A DNA stretch of 64,000 nt from an uncultured Oscillospiraceae bacterium (GTDB taxonomy: Bacteria > Bacillota > Clostridia > Oscillospirales > Butyricicoccaceae): positions 1,894 through 65,893 of the forward strand of contig CAZYAD010000003.1 of the NCBI GenBank assembly GCA_964646225.1, read 5' to 3'. The notes under the pieces are model-generated. The model saw only the letters and a list, made by a program, of their open reading frames with translations. It had not been told where the DNA came from and did no database searches. A program made the translations under genes and the position numbers. This document shows, one piece after another, positions 45,269 to 54,015 of this stretch. Positions within the stretch are counted from its first letter, which is position 1, and each line of letters starts with the position of its first letter.

Positions 45269-46513
45269 GTGACCTTAGGCCGGCGCATCCAGCAATATCG
45301 AAAAGAGAAGGGCCTTTCCCAGGAGGCGCTGGGGGAGGCACTGGGAGTCTCGCGTCAGGCGGTATCCAAATGGGAGGGGGACAACGGCATCCCCGAGCTG
45401 GACACCCTCATCGCAATGAGCAGCCTGTTCGGCGTCACGCTGGGGACGCTGCTGGGGGTGGAGGAGCCCCGAACCGCCCCTCAGACAGCGCCTCAGGCAG
45501 GGCAGTCTGCACCGGACTCTGCGCCCCGGGACGGTGACCGTGAGGGAGAGACGCGCACCCGCCGGGTGCTGGAGGAATATGTGCGGCAGAGCCGCGCCGG
45601 GCAGGAAAAGCAGCGCAGGCGGCTGGCCCTTCCGGCGGGCCTTCTGGCGGGGATGCTGCTGCTGAGCCTGTTCCGCATCGGCTCGCTGGAAAGCGACCTC
45701 CGGCAGCTGCGCAGCCAGCTTTCGCTGCTGGAGGTGCGGGTGGACAACAGCCTCAGCGGCATTTCCAGCCAGATACAGAGCAGTATCAACGCCGCGCTGG
45801 AGGAAAACCAGCGGTTCACCAGCTCCTTTTCCTGGGATGTGGCCGCCTTTGATGTCGAACGGCAGACTGTGACCCTGGAGCTCCACGCCACCATGAAGGA
45901 ATATCCGGCGGGCGGCGCGGCCCAGTTCCTGGCCTCCTGGGAGGACGGGCGGCAGGAGGCCGACTGGTGCGGCGGCCCGGACTTCACCGCCCGGCTGACC
46001 CTGCCCATGAGCAGCGCCCTTCAGATCAGCCTCCGTCTGCGGGACGGCGAGGGCAACATCCGGGAGCAGACGCTGGACACCATCCATGACCTGCATCCCG
46101 ATTATTTCCGGCTCCATGCCGACAGCCTGCGGGCGGTGTTTGCCTTTTCGGTGAATCTCAGCTGGGGCAGCACCAGCACGGCGCTGTCGGAGGAGCCCCG
46201 GGTGTGCATCACCTCCTTCTGGCCGGAGCAGCTGTGGCCTACGGCGGCGGACATCGCGCTGACGGTGGGCGGAAAGCAGGTCTATTCCGGGGCCATGACC
46301 CTCAGCGGGCAGGCTGATGAGCACGGGGACTTTTTCGCCACCCTCCCGGAAAAATATGTGCAGCAGCTGCTGGCAGAGGGGCAGGCGGTGGAGATCACCC
46401 TGACCGTCACCGACAATCTGGGCCGAACCGATGTGTTTTCTCAGTGCGGCACTGTGCGGGAGGGGGAGCTGGAGCTGGAGAGCGAGAGCGCCCCTGTGGC
46501 CTGGCAGCGATGA
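45269..46513 (+). CDS. Membrane-tethered XRE-family HTH protein with a large extracytoplasmic domain
   Basis: GTG 45269, 9 nt after GGAGG. HTH LGRRIQQYRKEKGLSQEALGEALGVSRQAVSKWEGDNGIPELDTLIAMSSLFGVTL. TM helix LALPAGLLAGMLLLSLF. About 270 aa lie beyond the membrane. Confidence 0.75.
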   Translation: MTLGRRIQQYRKEKGLSQEALGEALGVSRQAVSKWEGDNGIPELDTLIAMSSLFGVTLGTLLGVEEPRTAPQTAPQAGQSAPDSAPRDGDREGETRTRRVLEEYVRQSRAGQEKQRRRLALPAGLLAGMLLLSLFRIGSLESDLRQLRSQLSLLEVRVDNSLSGISSQIQSSINAALEENQRFTSSFSWDVAAFDVERQTVTLELHATMKEYPAGGAAQFLASWEDGRQEADWCGGPDFTARLTLPMSSALQISLRLRDGEGNIREQTLDTIHDLHPDYFRLHADSLRAVFAFSVNLSWGSTSTALSEEPRVCITSFWPEQLWPTAADIALTVGGKQVYSGAMTLSGQADEHGDFFATLPEKYVQQLLAEGQAVEITLTVTDNLGRTDVFSQCGTVREGELELESESAPVAWQR

Positions 46514-46604
46514 AGGCGCGGCCTTCCGGCCGCCCTTTCCGCCGGCGGCCCCCGCCCACCATCCCCATTTTCCACAGGTTTTGCGGATTTTTCGCGAAAA
46601 GCCC

Positions 46605-46634
46605 TTGACAAAAGCCCTCCGGCTGTTATATAAT
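46605..46634 (+). promoter_or_regulatory. Sigma-70 promoter for the tRNA operon
   Basis: TTGACA (46605-46610), 18 nt spacer, TATAAT (46629-46634), about 30 nt before the first tRNA. Confidence 0.65.
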
Positions 46635-46665
46635 GCAAAGGCTGATTTACGAAAGTCTGACAATC

Positions 46666-46739
46666 GCAGGTGTAGTTCAATGGTAGAATGTCAGCCTTCC
46701 AAGCTGAACACGTGGGTTCGATTCCCATCACCTGCTCCA
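46666..46739 (+). tRNA. tRNA-Gly (anticodon UCC)
   Basis: Cloverleaf: acceptor GCAGGTG/CACCTGC, anticodon stem TCAGC/GCTGA with loop CTTCCAA, T-arm GTGGGTTCGATTCCCAT, encoded CCA. Confidence 0.9.
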
Positions 46740-46771
46740 GTTCTTCATCAGCCTATCTTCCTGATTGAAAT

Positions 46772-46848
46772 GCGCCTGTAGCTCAGCAGGATAGAGCAAC
46801 TGCCTTCTAAGCAGTAGGTTGGGGGTTCGAGTCCCTCCAGGCGCGCCA
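46772..46848 (+). tRNA. tRNA-Arg (anticodon UCU)
   Basis: Acceptor GCGCCTG/CAGGCGC, anticodon stem ACTGC/GCAGT with loop CTTCTAA, T-loop GGTTCGAGTCC, encoded CCA. Confidence 0.9.
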
Positions 46849-46856
46849 GTTTATAT

Positions 46857-46934
46857 GGTGGATGTGGCGCAGTTGGTTAGCGCGTCAGATTGTGGCTCTG
46901 AAGGCCGGGGGTTCGAATCCCCTCATCCACCCCA
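46857..46934 (+). tRNA. tRNA-His (anticodon GUG) with encoded G-1
   Basis: Extra 5' G pairs with C73. Acceptor GTGGATG/CATCCAC, anticodon stem TCAGA/TCTGA with loop TTGTGGC, T-loop GGTTCGAATCC, CCA. Confidence 0.9.
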
Positions 46935-47000
46935 CTTTTTTGATGTGCCCGCTCCTCGAAAGAGGGGCGTGTACATTATTTCGCCGGAGGGCGGCCATAC

Positions 47001-47075
47001 TGGGCTGTCGCCAAGCGGTAAGGCACCAGACTTTGACTCTGGCATTCGCAGGTTCAAATCCCGCCAGCCCAGCCA
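47001..47075 (+). tRNA. tRNA-Gln (anticodon UUG)
   Basis: Acceptor TGGGCTG/CAGCCCA, anticodon stem CCAGA/TCTGG with loop CTTTGAC, T-loop GGTTCAAATCC, CCA. Confidence 0.9.
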
Positions 47076-47081
47076 AAACCT

Positions 47082-47157
47082 GATTCAGTAGCTCAGTCGG
47101 CAGAGCACCTGCCTTTTAAGCAGGGTGTCCGGGGTTCGAATCCCCGCTGAGTCACCA
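47082..47157 (+). tRNA. tRNA-Lys (anticodon UUU)
   Basis: Acceptor GATTCAG/CTGAGTC (one G-U pair), anticodon stem CCTGC/GCAGG with loop CTTTTAA, T-loop GGTTCGAATCC, CCA. Confidence 0.9.
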
Positions 47158-47160
47158 AAA

Positions 47161-47194
47161 ACCCTTGAAAACGATGGTTTTCAAGGGTTTTTTC
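47161..47194. terminator. Bidirectional intrinsic terminator (tRNA operon and convergent trmH-like gene)
   Basis: ACCCTTGAAAAC, GATG loop, GTTTTCAAGGGT, flanked by an A-run upstream and a T-run downstream. Confidence 0.85.
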
Positions 47195-47211
47195 CTGTTT
47201 GTGGCGGGTTT

Positions 47212-48030
47212 TTACGGCTGTATGCCGCTTCCCGCGCAGCCCAGCTCCCAAAAGGCCACGGCACTGGCCGCCGCTACATTGAGGGAATCTACCCCGTGCG
47301 CCATGGGGATGCGCAGGGTGTAGTCACAGGCCGCGATGGTCGCCGGTGCCAGCCCATCTCCCTCGGTGCCCAGCACGACGGCCAGCCGCTCCACCGCCGC
47401 CAGCCGGGGCTCACGGATGGAAAGCGCTTCCGGCGTCAGTGCCATGGCAGCGGTTGTAAAGCCAAGCCGCTTTACTTCATCGACGGAATCCACCCAGGCC
47501 CACGGAACCTGAAAGACCGTCCCCATGCTGACCCGGATGGCCCGCCGGTACAGCGGATCGCAGCAGCCCGGGGTCAGCAGCACGGCCTCCATCCCCAGGG
47601 CCGCCGCCGAACGGAAGATGGCGCCGATGTTGGTGGGATTCATCACATCCTCCAGCACCGCCACCCGGCGGGCATCCCGGCAGATCTTCTCCGGTGCGGC
47701 CAGCGGCGGGCGGCGCATGGCGCACAGCAGCCCGCGGGTCAGCTTGAAGCCGGTGAGCCGGGTGAGCACCTCCAGCGGCGCTGCGTACACCGGCGTTTCC
47801 GGGCAGCGAGCCAAAATGGGCGCGGCCTCCCGCGCCAGCTGCCGATCCTCCACCAGCAGGGTCACCGGCTGCATCCCGGCGTCCAGTGCCCGGAGGATCA
47901 CATTGGGACTTTCGGCAATGAACAGCCCCTGGGAGAGATCCTCGCGGCACACCAGCTGGTTTTCCGAAAGCCGGGCAAACACATCCAGCGCCGGATCCTG
48001 AAAATCGGTCACAGGCAAAATGATGGACAT
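47212..48030 (-). CDS. TrmH/SpoU-family RNA 2'-O-methyltransferase
   Basis: Start at MSIILPVTDF (ATG 48030) with AGGAG SD. SPOUT motifs NPTNIGAIFRSAAALG, VVLGTEGDGL and IPMAHGVDSLNVAAA. Confidence 0.85.
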   Translation of the reverse strand: MSIILPVTDFQDPALDVFARLSENQLVCREDLSQGLFIAESPNVILRALDAGMQPVTLLVEDRQLAREAAPILARCPETPVYAAPLEVLTRLTGFKLTRGLLCAMRRPPLAAPEKICRDARRVAVLEDVMNPTNIGAIFRSAAALGMEAVLLTPGCCDPLYRRAIRVSMGTVFQVPWAWVDSVDEVKRLGFTTAAMALTPEALSIREPRLAAVERLAVVLGTEGDGLAPATIAACDYTLRIPMAHGVDSLNVAAASAVAFWELGCAGSGIQP

Positions 48031-48196
48031 AAACGCGCTCCTTTCAGCGGGAAAGCTCCTGACTGCCTCCATTATAGCGGCCTGCGCCGCCGCTGTCAAA
48101 CCCGGCCCGCCTTCGACGGCGTTTGACGGCAGAGTTGGGCGGATGCTGCGGAAATATCGCGGTTTCATGCAGAAGTTATGGAATACTATGCGAAAG

Positions 48197-48203
48197 TGTC
48201 GAA
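48197..48203 (+). promoter_or_regulatory. Consensus Spo0A-binding 0A box upstream of spo0A
   Basis: Exact TGTCGAA heptamer about 115 nt upstream of the spo0A start. Confidence 0.35.
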
Positions 48204-48315
48204 ATACGACTCACGATTTTTTGGTGAAATTGCGTAAAAAAGATTGTAAATCCAAGTCTCCTGTGCTATTTTATACCCACGGTACCGAAGATTTTACGGA
48301 ATGAAGGCGAATGAA

Positions 48316-49083
48316 ATGAAAGAACGCACTCGAATCCTGCTGGCGGATGACCAGAGAGAGTTTTGTGATGCGCTGGCCCGGGCGCTGGAGGACTATGCGG
48401 GCATGGAGGTCGTAGGACAGGCACGGGACGGCGAGCGGCTGCTGGAGCTCATCCGGGAGACTGCTCCGGATGTGGTGGTGACCGATGCCATGCTGCCTAA
48501 AAAGGACGGCCTTTCGGTGATCCGCGCCGCCGGAGAGCTTGCGCTGAAGACCCACCCGGCCTTTTATGTGGTGACCTCCTTTGCCAGCGAAAGCCTGCTG
48601 GCAGAGGCCATGTCGCTGAAGGTGAGCTGCTTTACCCTCAAGCCCTGCGACACCGCCGATCTGGCCAAGCGCATCGCCACCGGCGGGACGGTACGCTTTG
48701 GCGGCGGGAGCCGGCCTGCCTCGCCGGAGGTGGCGCTGGAGATGCGGGTGACCGGCATCATCCATGATATCGGCGTCCCGGCCCACATCAAGGGCTACCA
48801 GTACCTGCGGGAGGCCATCATCATGACGGTGCAGGATATGGACACCATCAATGCCATCACAAAGGTGCTCTATCCCACAGTGGCCAAGCGCTATAAAACC
48901 ACCAGCTCCCGGGTGGAGCGGGCCATCCGCCATGCCATCGAGGTGGCCTGGGACCGGGGCGATGTGGAGGTGCTCAACAGCTTCTTCGGCTATACGGTGT
49001 CCAATGTCAAGGGCAAGCCAACCAATTCCGAGTTCATCTCCATGATTGCCGACCGGATCCGGCTGGAGCAGAAGATCGGGTAA
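48316..49083 (+). CDS. spo0A: Sporulation master regulator Spo0A
   Basis: Receiver domain ([11 protein letters not shown]...[13 protein letters not shown]...LKPCD). Diagnostic Spo0A C-domain [20 protein letters not shown]...[18 protein letters not shown]...[31 protein letters not shown] 48316 has AAGG 8 nt upstream; ATG 48301 is the longer alternative. Confidence 0.9.
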   Translation: MKERTRILLADDQREFCDALARALEDYAGMEVVGQARDGERLLELIRETAPDVVVTDAMLPKKDGLSVIRAAGELALKTHPAFYVVTSFASESLLAEAMSLKVSCFTLKPCDTADLAKRIATGGTVRFGGGSRPASPEVALEMRVTGIIHDIGVPAHIKGYQYLREAIIMTVQDMDTINAITKVLYPTVAKRYKTTSSRVERAIRHAIEVAWDRGDVEVLNSFFGYTVSNVKGKPTNSEFISMIADRIRLEQKIG

Positions 49084-49154
49084 GGCCGCGCCCCAAAAGA
49101 CCTTGTACTTTTCGGCGAAAGCCCGTATAATAGGGGCAGAGGAGGGGTTGCCCC

Positions 49155-49871
49155 ATGTTTGGAAAAAAGAAGAAGCGCCCGCCCTTTGTGACGGCCATCA
49201 TCCCCGCGGCGGGGTCCTCCCGCCGGATGGGCGGCGAAAACAAGCTGCTGCTGGAGCTGGAGGGCGTCCCCGTCCTGGCCCACACCCTGCTGGCGCTGGA
49301 GCGCTGCCCCTGCATCCGGGAGATCGTTCTGGCGGCCCCGGAGGAGCTGATCGTCCCCTATGCAGAGCTGGCCCGCAGGGCCGGCGTCACCAAGCTGACC
49401 CGGGTGGTCAAGGGGGGCGCCACCCGGCAGGAAAGCGTTTACAGGGCGGCGCTGGAGGCCTCGCCAAAGGCGGAATATCTGGCGGTGCATGACGGTGCAA
49501 GGCCGCTGGTGACGGAGGAAATCGTGGAAAGCGTCTGCAAAGCAGCGTTCCTTTACAGCTGCGCCGCCGCAGGCGTTCCGGTACATGACACCATCCGCAG
49601 CGTGGACAGCTCGGAACGGGCGGAGGTCACCTTGACGCGGGAGAGCCTCCGGGCGATGCAGACCCCGCAGGTGGCCGACAGGGCCCTGTTGCTGGCGGCA
49701 CTGAAAAAGGCGCTGGACGAGGGCGCGGCCGTCACGGACGAGTGTGCCGCGCTGGAGGCGCTGGGCGTGCGGCCGGTGATCGTCCCGGGCTCCTTTGAAA
49801 ACATCAAGATCACCACCCCGGTGGATCTGGCGTTTGCCCGGGCTATTCTGGAAGGGAGGACGAAGGCATGA
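49155..49871 (+). CDS. ispD: 2-C-methyl-D-erythritol 4-phosphate cytidylyltransferase
   Basis: [13 protein letters not shown] motif, VHDGARP, and [11 protein letters not shown]. Confidence 0.9.
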   Translation: MFGKKKKRPPFVTAIIPAAGSSRRMGGENKLLLELEGVPVLAHTLLALERCPCIREIVLAAPEELIVPYAELARRAGVTKLTRVVKGGATRQESVYRAALEASPKAEYLAVHDGARPLVTEEIVESVCKAAFLYSCAAAGVPVHDTIRSVDSSERAEVTLTRESLRAMQTPQVADRALLLAALKKALDEGAAVTDECAALEALGVRPVIVPGSFENIKITTPVDLAFARAILEGRTKA

Positions 49872-50344
49872 TCCGTGTTGGCATAGGCTACGATGTCCAC
49901 CGCCTGACCGAGGGGCGAAGGCTGATCCTGGGCGGGGTGGAGATCCCATTTGAAAAGGGCCTTCTGGGCCACAGCGATGCCGATGTGCTGCTCCACGCCA
50001 TCACCGACGCCCTGTTCGGCGCGGCGGCCATGGGCGATATTGGCAGCCATTTTCCCGATACCGACCCCCGCTGGAAGGGGGCGGACAGCCTGCTGCTGCT
50101 GGAGGCCTGCGGCCGGGAGCTGGCAGAGGCAGGCTGGCGGGTGAGCAACATCGATGCAGTCATCGTGGCCCAAAGGCCAAAGCTGCTGCCCCATGTACCC
50201 CGGATGCGGGAAAACATCGCCCGGGCGCTGGGTATCACGCCGGAGCAGGTGTCGCTGAAGGGCAAGACCGAGGAGGGGCTGGGCTTTACCGGAACGGGAG
50301 AGGGCATGGCGGCCCACGCGGTCTGCCTGATCGAGAAGGATTGA
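49868..50344 (+). CDS. ispF: 2-C-methyl-D-erythritol 2,4-cyclodiphosphate synthase
   Basis: [23 protein letters not shown] and [11 protein letters not shown] motifs. ATGA overlap with ispD. Confidence 0.92.
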   Translation: MIRVGIGYDVHRLTEGRRLILGGVEIPFEKGLLGHSDADVLLHAITDALFGAAAMGDIGSHFPDTDPRWKGADSLLLLEACGRELAEAGWRVSNIDAVIVAQRPKLLPHVPRMRENIARALGITPEQVSLKGKTEEGLGFTGTGEGMAAHAVCLIEKD

Positions 50345-50395
50345 ACAAAGCCGTCAGGCGGCGCATAGGATGACACGAAAGGAAGTGTTCATCCT

Positions 50396-50644
50396 GTGAG
50401 CTGTCTGATGGTTTTTCGTTCTGTGACGCAGGCCCAGAGCGCCGGGGCCATCCTGCGGAAAAACGGCATCGCCTCTGTGCTGACAAAGCCGCCCGCAGGG
50501 ATGGGCCGGGGCTCCTGTGCCTTTGGTCTGGCACTGCCCAGACAATATCTGCCCGGCGCGCTGGCGCTGCTGGGCAAAACCGGCCTGCGCCCGCTGGGCC
50601 TGTTTGAAAATACAGGTGCCGCCTGGCGGGAGGTGGTGCTGTGA
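50396..50644 (+). CDS. DUF3343-like small protein (putative Se/S carrier-like fold)
   Basis: 82 aa with a GTG start 11 nt after AGGAAG. Pattern ...MVFRSVTQAQSAGAILRKNGIASVLTKPP...GSCAFGL resembles DUF3343. Stop overlaps the start of the desulfurase-like gene. Confidence 0.55.
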   Translation: MSCLMVFRSVTQAQSAGAILRKNGIASVLTKPPAGMGRGSCAFGLALPRQYLPGALALLGKTGLRPLGLFENTGAAWREVVL

Positions 50645-51798
50645 TCTATCTGGACAACGCCGCCACTACCCTGCAAAAGCCCGCCTCGGTGCGGCGTGCC
50701 GTGGCCCAGGCGCTGGAGACCTGCGGAAATCCGGGCCGGGCGGGACATCGGGCCGCCCTGCGGGCTGCCGAGATCGTTTATGACTGCCGCTGCGCTGCGG
50801 CAGAGCTGTTTGGGATGGAGCGGCCTGAAGGGGTGGTGTTCACCTTCAACGCCACCCATGCCCTGAATATCGCCATCAAATCCTGCCTGGCGGGCGGCGG
50901 ACACGCTGTCATCTCCGGCTACGAGCACAATTCGGTGGTGCGGCCGCTGGAGGGGCTGGCGGGGGCCGCCTATACCGTGGCCCGCTGGCCGCTGTTTGCG
51001 CCGGAGGAGGCCGTACCGGCGGTGACCGCAGCCCTGCGGGAGGATACCCGCTGCGTGATCCTCAACCATGTGTCCAATGTCTTCGGCTTTGTGCAGCCGC
51101 TGGAGCAGGTGGACGCTCTGTGCCGGGAACGGGGCATTCCGCTGGTGGTGGATGCCTCCCAGTCAGCGGGGCTGCTGCCGCTGGCGGTGTCCCGCCTGCC
51201 GGGGACGGCCTTTCTCTGCATGCCGGGACATAAGGGCCTCTACGGTCCGCAGGGAACCGGGATCCTGCTGTGCTGTAAAGATATACCGCTTTACAGTGTT
51301 CTGGAGGGCGGAACCGGCAGCGCTTCCCTGGAACGGCGGCAGCCGGACTTCCTCCCAGACGGTCTGGAAAGCGGGACGCTCAATGTGCCGGGCATCGCCG
51401 GTCTGCGGGAGGGCCTGCGGCTGGTCGCGGAACGGGGCGGGGAGCTCCGCCTGCGAGAGCAGGCGCTGCTGGCCCGGGCGGCAGAGGGGCTGGGGAGCCT
51501 GCCCGGCGTCCGGGTGTGGTATGATGGCACCTGCCAGTGCGGCGTGCTGTCCTTCTGTCTGGCGGGGTGGGAGCCGGCCACCCTGGGGGTGGCGCTGGCC
51601 CGGGAGGGCTTCTGTCTGCGCCCGGGGCTGCACTGTGCGCCGCTGGCCCACGAAACAGCAGGCACCCTGCCAGAGGGCACCCTGCGCGCCAGCTTTTCCC
51701 TGTTCAACACAGAGGAGGAGGTGCTGCGCCTGCTCCGGCAGACTGAAAAACTGGCGAAATCCCCCGGCGAGGCAAAAAACAAGTGCTTCGGCTATTGA
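50641..51798 (+). CDS. Aminotransferase class V / cysteine desulfurase-family PLP enzyme
   Basis: IYLDNAATT N-terminus, PLP-lysine context PGHKGLYGPQGTG, and active-site loop region LRPGLHCAPLAHE. Confidence 0.85.
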   Translation: MIYLDNAATTLQKPASVRRAVAQALETCGNPGRAGHRAALRAAEIVYDCRCAAAELFGMERPEGVVFTFNATHALNIAIKSCLAGGGHAVISGYEHNSVVRPLEGLAGAAYTVARWPLFAPEEAVPAVTAALREDTRCVILNHVSNVFGFVQPLEQVDALCRERGIPLVVDASQSAGLLPLAVSRLPGTAFLCMPGHKGLYGPQGTGILLCCKDIPLYSVLEGGTGSASLERRQPDFLPDGLESGTLNVPGIAGLREGLRLVAERGGELRLREQALLARAAEGLGSLPGVRVWYDGTCQCGVLSFCLAGWEPATLGVALAREGFCLRPGLHCAPLAHETAGTLPEGTLRASFSLFNTEEEVLRLLRQTEKLAKSPGEAKNKCFGY

Positions 51799-51864
51799 AA
51801 AACTGCCGTTTGTTTGTTAAAATAGGAGTAAACACAAAAACAAGAAAAGGAAGCGGCTGCCAAC

Positions 51865-52707
51865 ATGTTCGAAGGGTTGATCAACAATGTAGGAAGGGCC
51901 ACGGTTTGGGATATTGTCGATATCCTGATTGTGGCCTTTTTGTTTTATAAGCTGATGCGGTTTATGCGCAAGACCAACGCGCAGAAGCTGTTTCAGGGGC
52001 TGGCCCTTCTGGTGGTGACCACCCTTCTGGCCGAGCTGATGCAGCTCAAGGCCGTCAGCTTCATCATACGCACCGTGATGGAGGTTGGCCTGCTGGCGCT
52101 GGTGATCATCTTCCAGCCGGAGCTGCGTAAGATGCTGGAGCAGTTCGGCAGCCAGCGCCTGTTCAAGCTGCTGGGCCTGGGCCGGGGACAGGAGAACAAG
52201 GGCACCGACACGGCCATCCTCCAGACGGTGGAGGCCGTCAATTCCCTTGCCTGGACAAAGACCGGCGCCCTGATTATCTTCCAGCGGGAGGATGATCTCC
52301 GCAGCATCATCAACACCGGCACCACCATCAACGCCGATGTGAATGCCGAACTGCTGAAAAACCTGTTTTACAACAAGGCTCCGCTGCATGACGGCGCGGT
52401 CATCATCGCCAACGGCCGCATCGCTGCCGCAGGGTGCATCCTGCCCCTCAGCGGCAAGCAGAATATCAGCAAGGATCTGGGCACCCGCCACCGGGCGGGC
52501 CTGGGCCAGAGCGAGAGCTTTGACTCCCTGTCGGTCATCGTTTCGGAGGAGACCGGCGGGATATCTCTGGCCGAGGGAGGCATCCTCAAGCAGCATCTGG
52601 CCCCTGAAACGCTGGAGCGGCTGCTGACGGCCAAGCTGATGCCCGAGACCGAGGAGCATGACAGGCAGACACTGATGGAGCGGGTAAAGGGGTTGATCGC
52701 GAAATGA
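51865..52707 (+). CDS. cdaA: Diadenylate cyclase (membrane-bound, DisA_N domain)
   Basis: Three N-terminal TM helices. PLHDGAVII (DGA) and LGTRHRAGLG (RHR) motifs. Confidence 0.92.
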   Translation: MFEGLINNVGRATVWDIVDILIVAFLFYKLMRFMRKTNAQKLFQGLALLVVTTLLAELMQLKAVSFIIRTVMEVGLLALVIIFQPELRKMLEQFGSQRLFKLLGLGRGQENKGTDTAILQTVEAVNSLAWTKTGALIIFQREDDLRSIINTGTTINADVNAELLKNLFYNKAPLHDGAVIIANGRIAAAGCILPLSGKQNISKDLGTRHRAGLGQSESFDSLSVIVSEETGGISLAEGGILKQHLAPETLERLLTAKLMPETEEHDRQTLMERVKGLIAK

Positions 52708-54011
52708 TGAAATGGATCCGGGAAAATGATATCATCCTGCGGGTGACCTCGCTGCTCATCGCCGTGCTGCTGTGGGCCTATGCCGTCAGTCAGGATCAGT
52801 CCGATGTGAAGCAGACCTTCCGCGACCTTACTATTCAGCTGGAGGGGGTCAACCTGCTGAAGGAGCAGGATCTGGTGATCCTGTCCGGCGGCAGCTCCAC
52901 CGTGGATATCGAGCTCACCGGCAAGCGGGAGCAGCTGAACACCGCCCAGAACGACCCCCAGACCTCCATCCGGCGGACGGTCTCTGTGGCCAACATCACC
53001 GAGCCCGGCACCTACCATCTGGGCATCGAGGCGGCGCCGGTGGGCCTGGGCGACACCAGCGTCTCCGGCAAAAAGCCCACCACCGTCACCCTGGTGGTGG
53101 ATCGCCTCAGCACGGCCTCCATCCCTGTGGAGGTGGAGCTCACCGGACAGCTGTCCGAGGGGCTGGAGCTGGCGGACTACAGCGTCTCTCCCGATGCCGT
53201 GGTTGTCCGCGGGCCGGAGACCGTCTTACGGCAGATCAAGCGGGCCAGAGCGGTCTATGAGATCTCCGGCCTCACCGCGCCGCTGCAAACCAGTGTGACC
53301 TTTACTCTGCTGGATGAAAAGGGCAACGAGGTGGTCAACAGCTACCTTTCCACCGATACCCCTGCCACCATGCTGAACATCGAGCTGCGGCAGGAGGGGG
53401 CCATCAAGACCGAGGTGGATCTCATCGATTCGCCCTATCTGAAGTCTTATATGGTCAGCGTGGATATCGATCCCGAATATGTCCGCCTCAAGGGCGACCC
53501 CGCCGAGATCGGCGAGATCAACCAGCTGCTGCTCAATGAGATCGACCTGAGCGAGGTGGTGGAAAAGCGCACCACCTCCTTCACCCGGCTGCTCCAGGTG
53601 CCGGATGGCCTCTCGCTGGCCGCCGGAGAGAAGCCCTTTGCCACCGTCACCCTGACGCTGGACGGCTACGACTGGAAGACCATGGAGCTGGATCAGAGCC
53701 TGCTGCCCGAAAGCGAGATGTTCACCTATCCGGAGCAGACCTTTTCGGTGGAGCTGTTCGGCGAGGAAAGCGCCCTGCGGCGCATCCGCAGCAGCGATGT
53801 GACGCTGGAGTTGAGCTATGATCTGGAGGAACTGGAGGCCGGGGACAACCGGGTGCCCTGCCGGGTCAGCCTGCCGGACGGGGATATCTATATCGAGCAG
53901 TCGCTGGAGGTTACCGTAACCGTGACTCAGGAGACGCTGGACGCCCTGCGTCAGCCGCTGCCCGGTGACCGGGAACCCGGCGAGCCGGAGCCCGGCACGC
54001 CGGAAGAATAA
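52704..54011 (+). CDS. cdaR: CdaA regulator with YbbR-like repeats
   Basis: ATGA overlap with cdaA. N-terminal TM followed by repeated YbbR-type beta modules (..V.V.V.G......V.P..V.V.GP...L..I). Confidence 0.85.
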   Translation: MMKWIRENDIILRVTSLLIAVLLWAYAVSQDQSDVKQTFRDLTIQLEGVNLLKEQDLVILSGGSSTVDIELTGKREQLNTAQNDPQTSIRRTVSVANITEPGTYHLGIEAAPVGLGDTSVSGKKPTTVTLVVDRLSTASIPVEVELTGQLSEGLELADYSVSPDAVVVRGPETVLRQIKRARAVYEISGLTAPLQTSVTFTLLDEKGNEVVNSYLSTDTPATMLNIELRQEGAIKTEVDLIDSPYLKSYMVSVDIDPEYVRLKGDPAEIGEINQLLLNEIDLSEVVEKRTTSFTRLLQVPDGLSLAAGEKPFATVTLTLDGYDWKTMELDQSLLPESEMFTYPEQTFSVELFGEESALRRIRSSDVTLELSYDLEELEAGDNRVPCRVSLPDGDIYIEQSLEVTVTVTQETLDALRQPLPGDREPGEPEPGTPEE

Positions 54012-54015
54012 CGAC

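Noticed and set aside
45262-45537. ATG-initiated 91-aa ORF at 45262 as the real gene instead of the GTG start at 45269
   Set aside because: Its frame gives an Arg/Gly/Pro-rich product with no features. The GTG frame yields a textbook XRE HTH and continues for 414 aa, and the GGAGG is properly spaced for the GTG.
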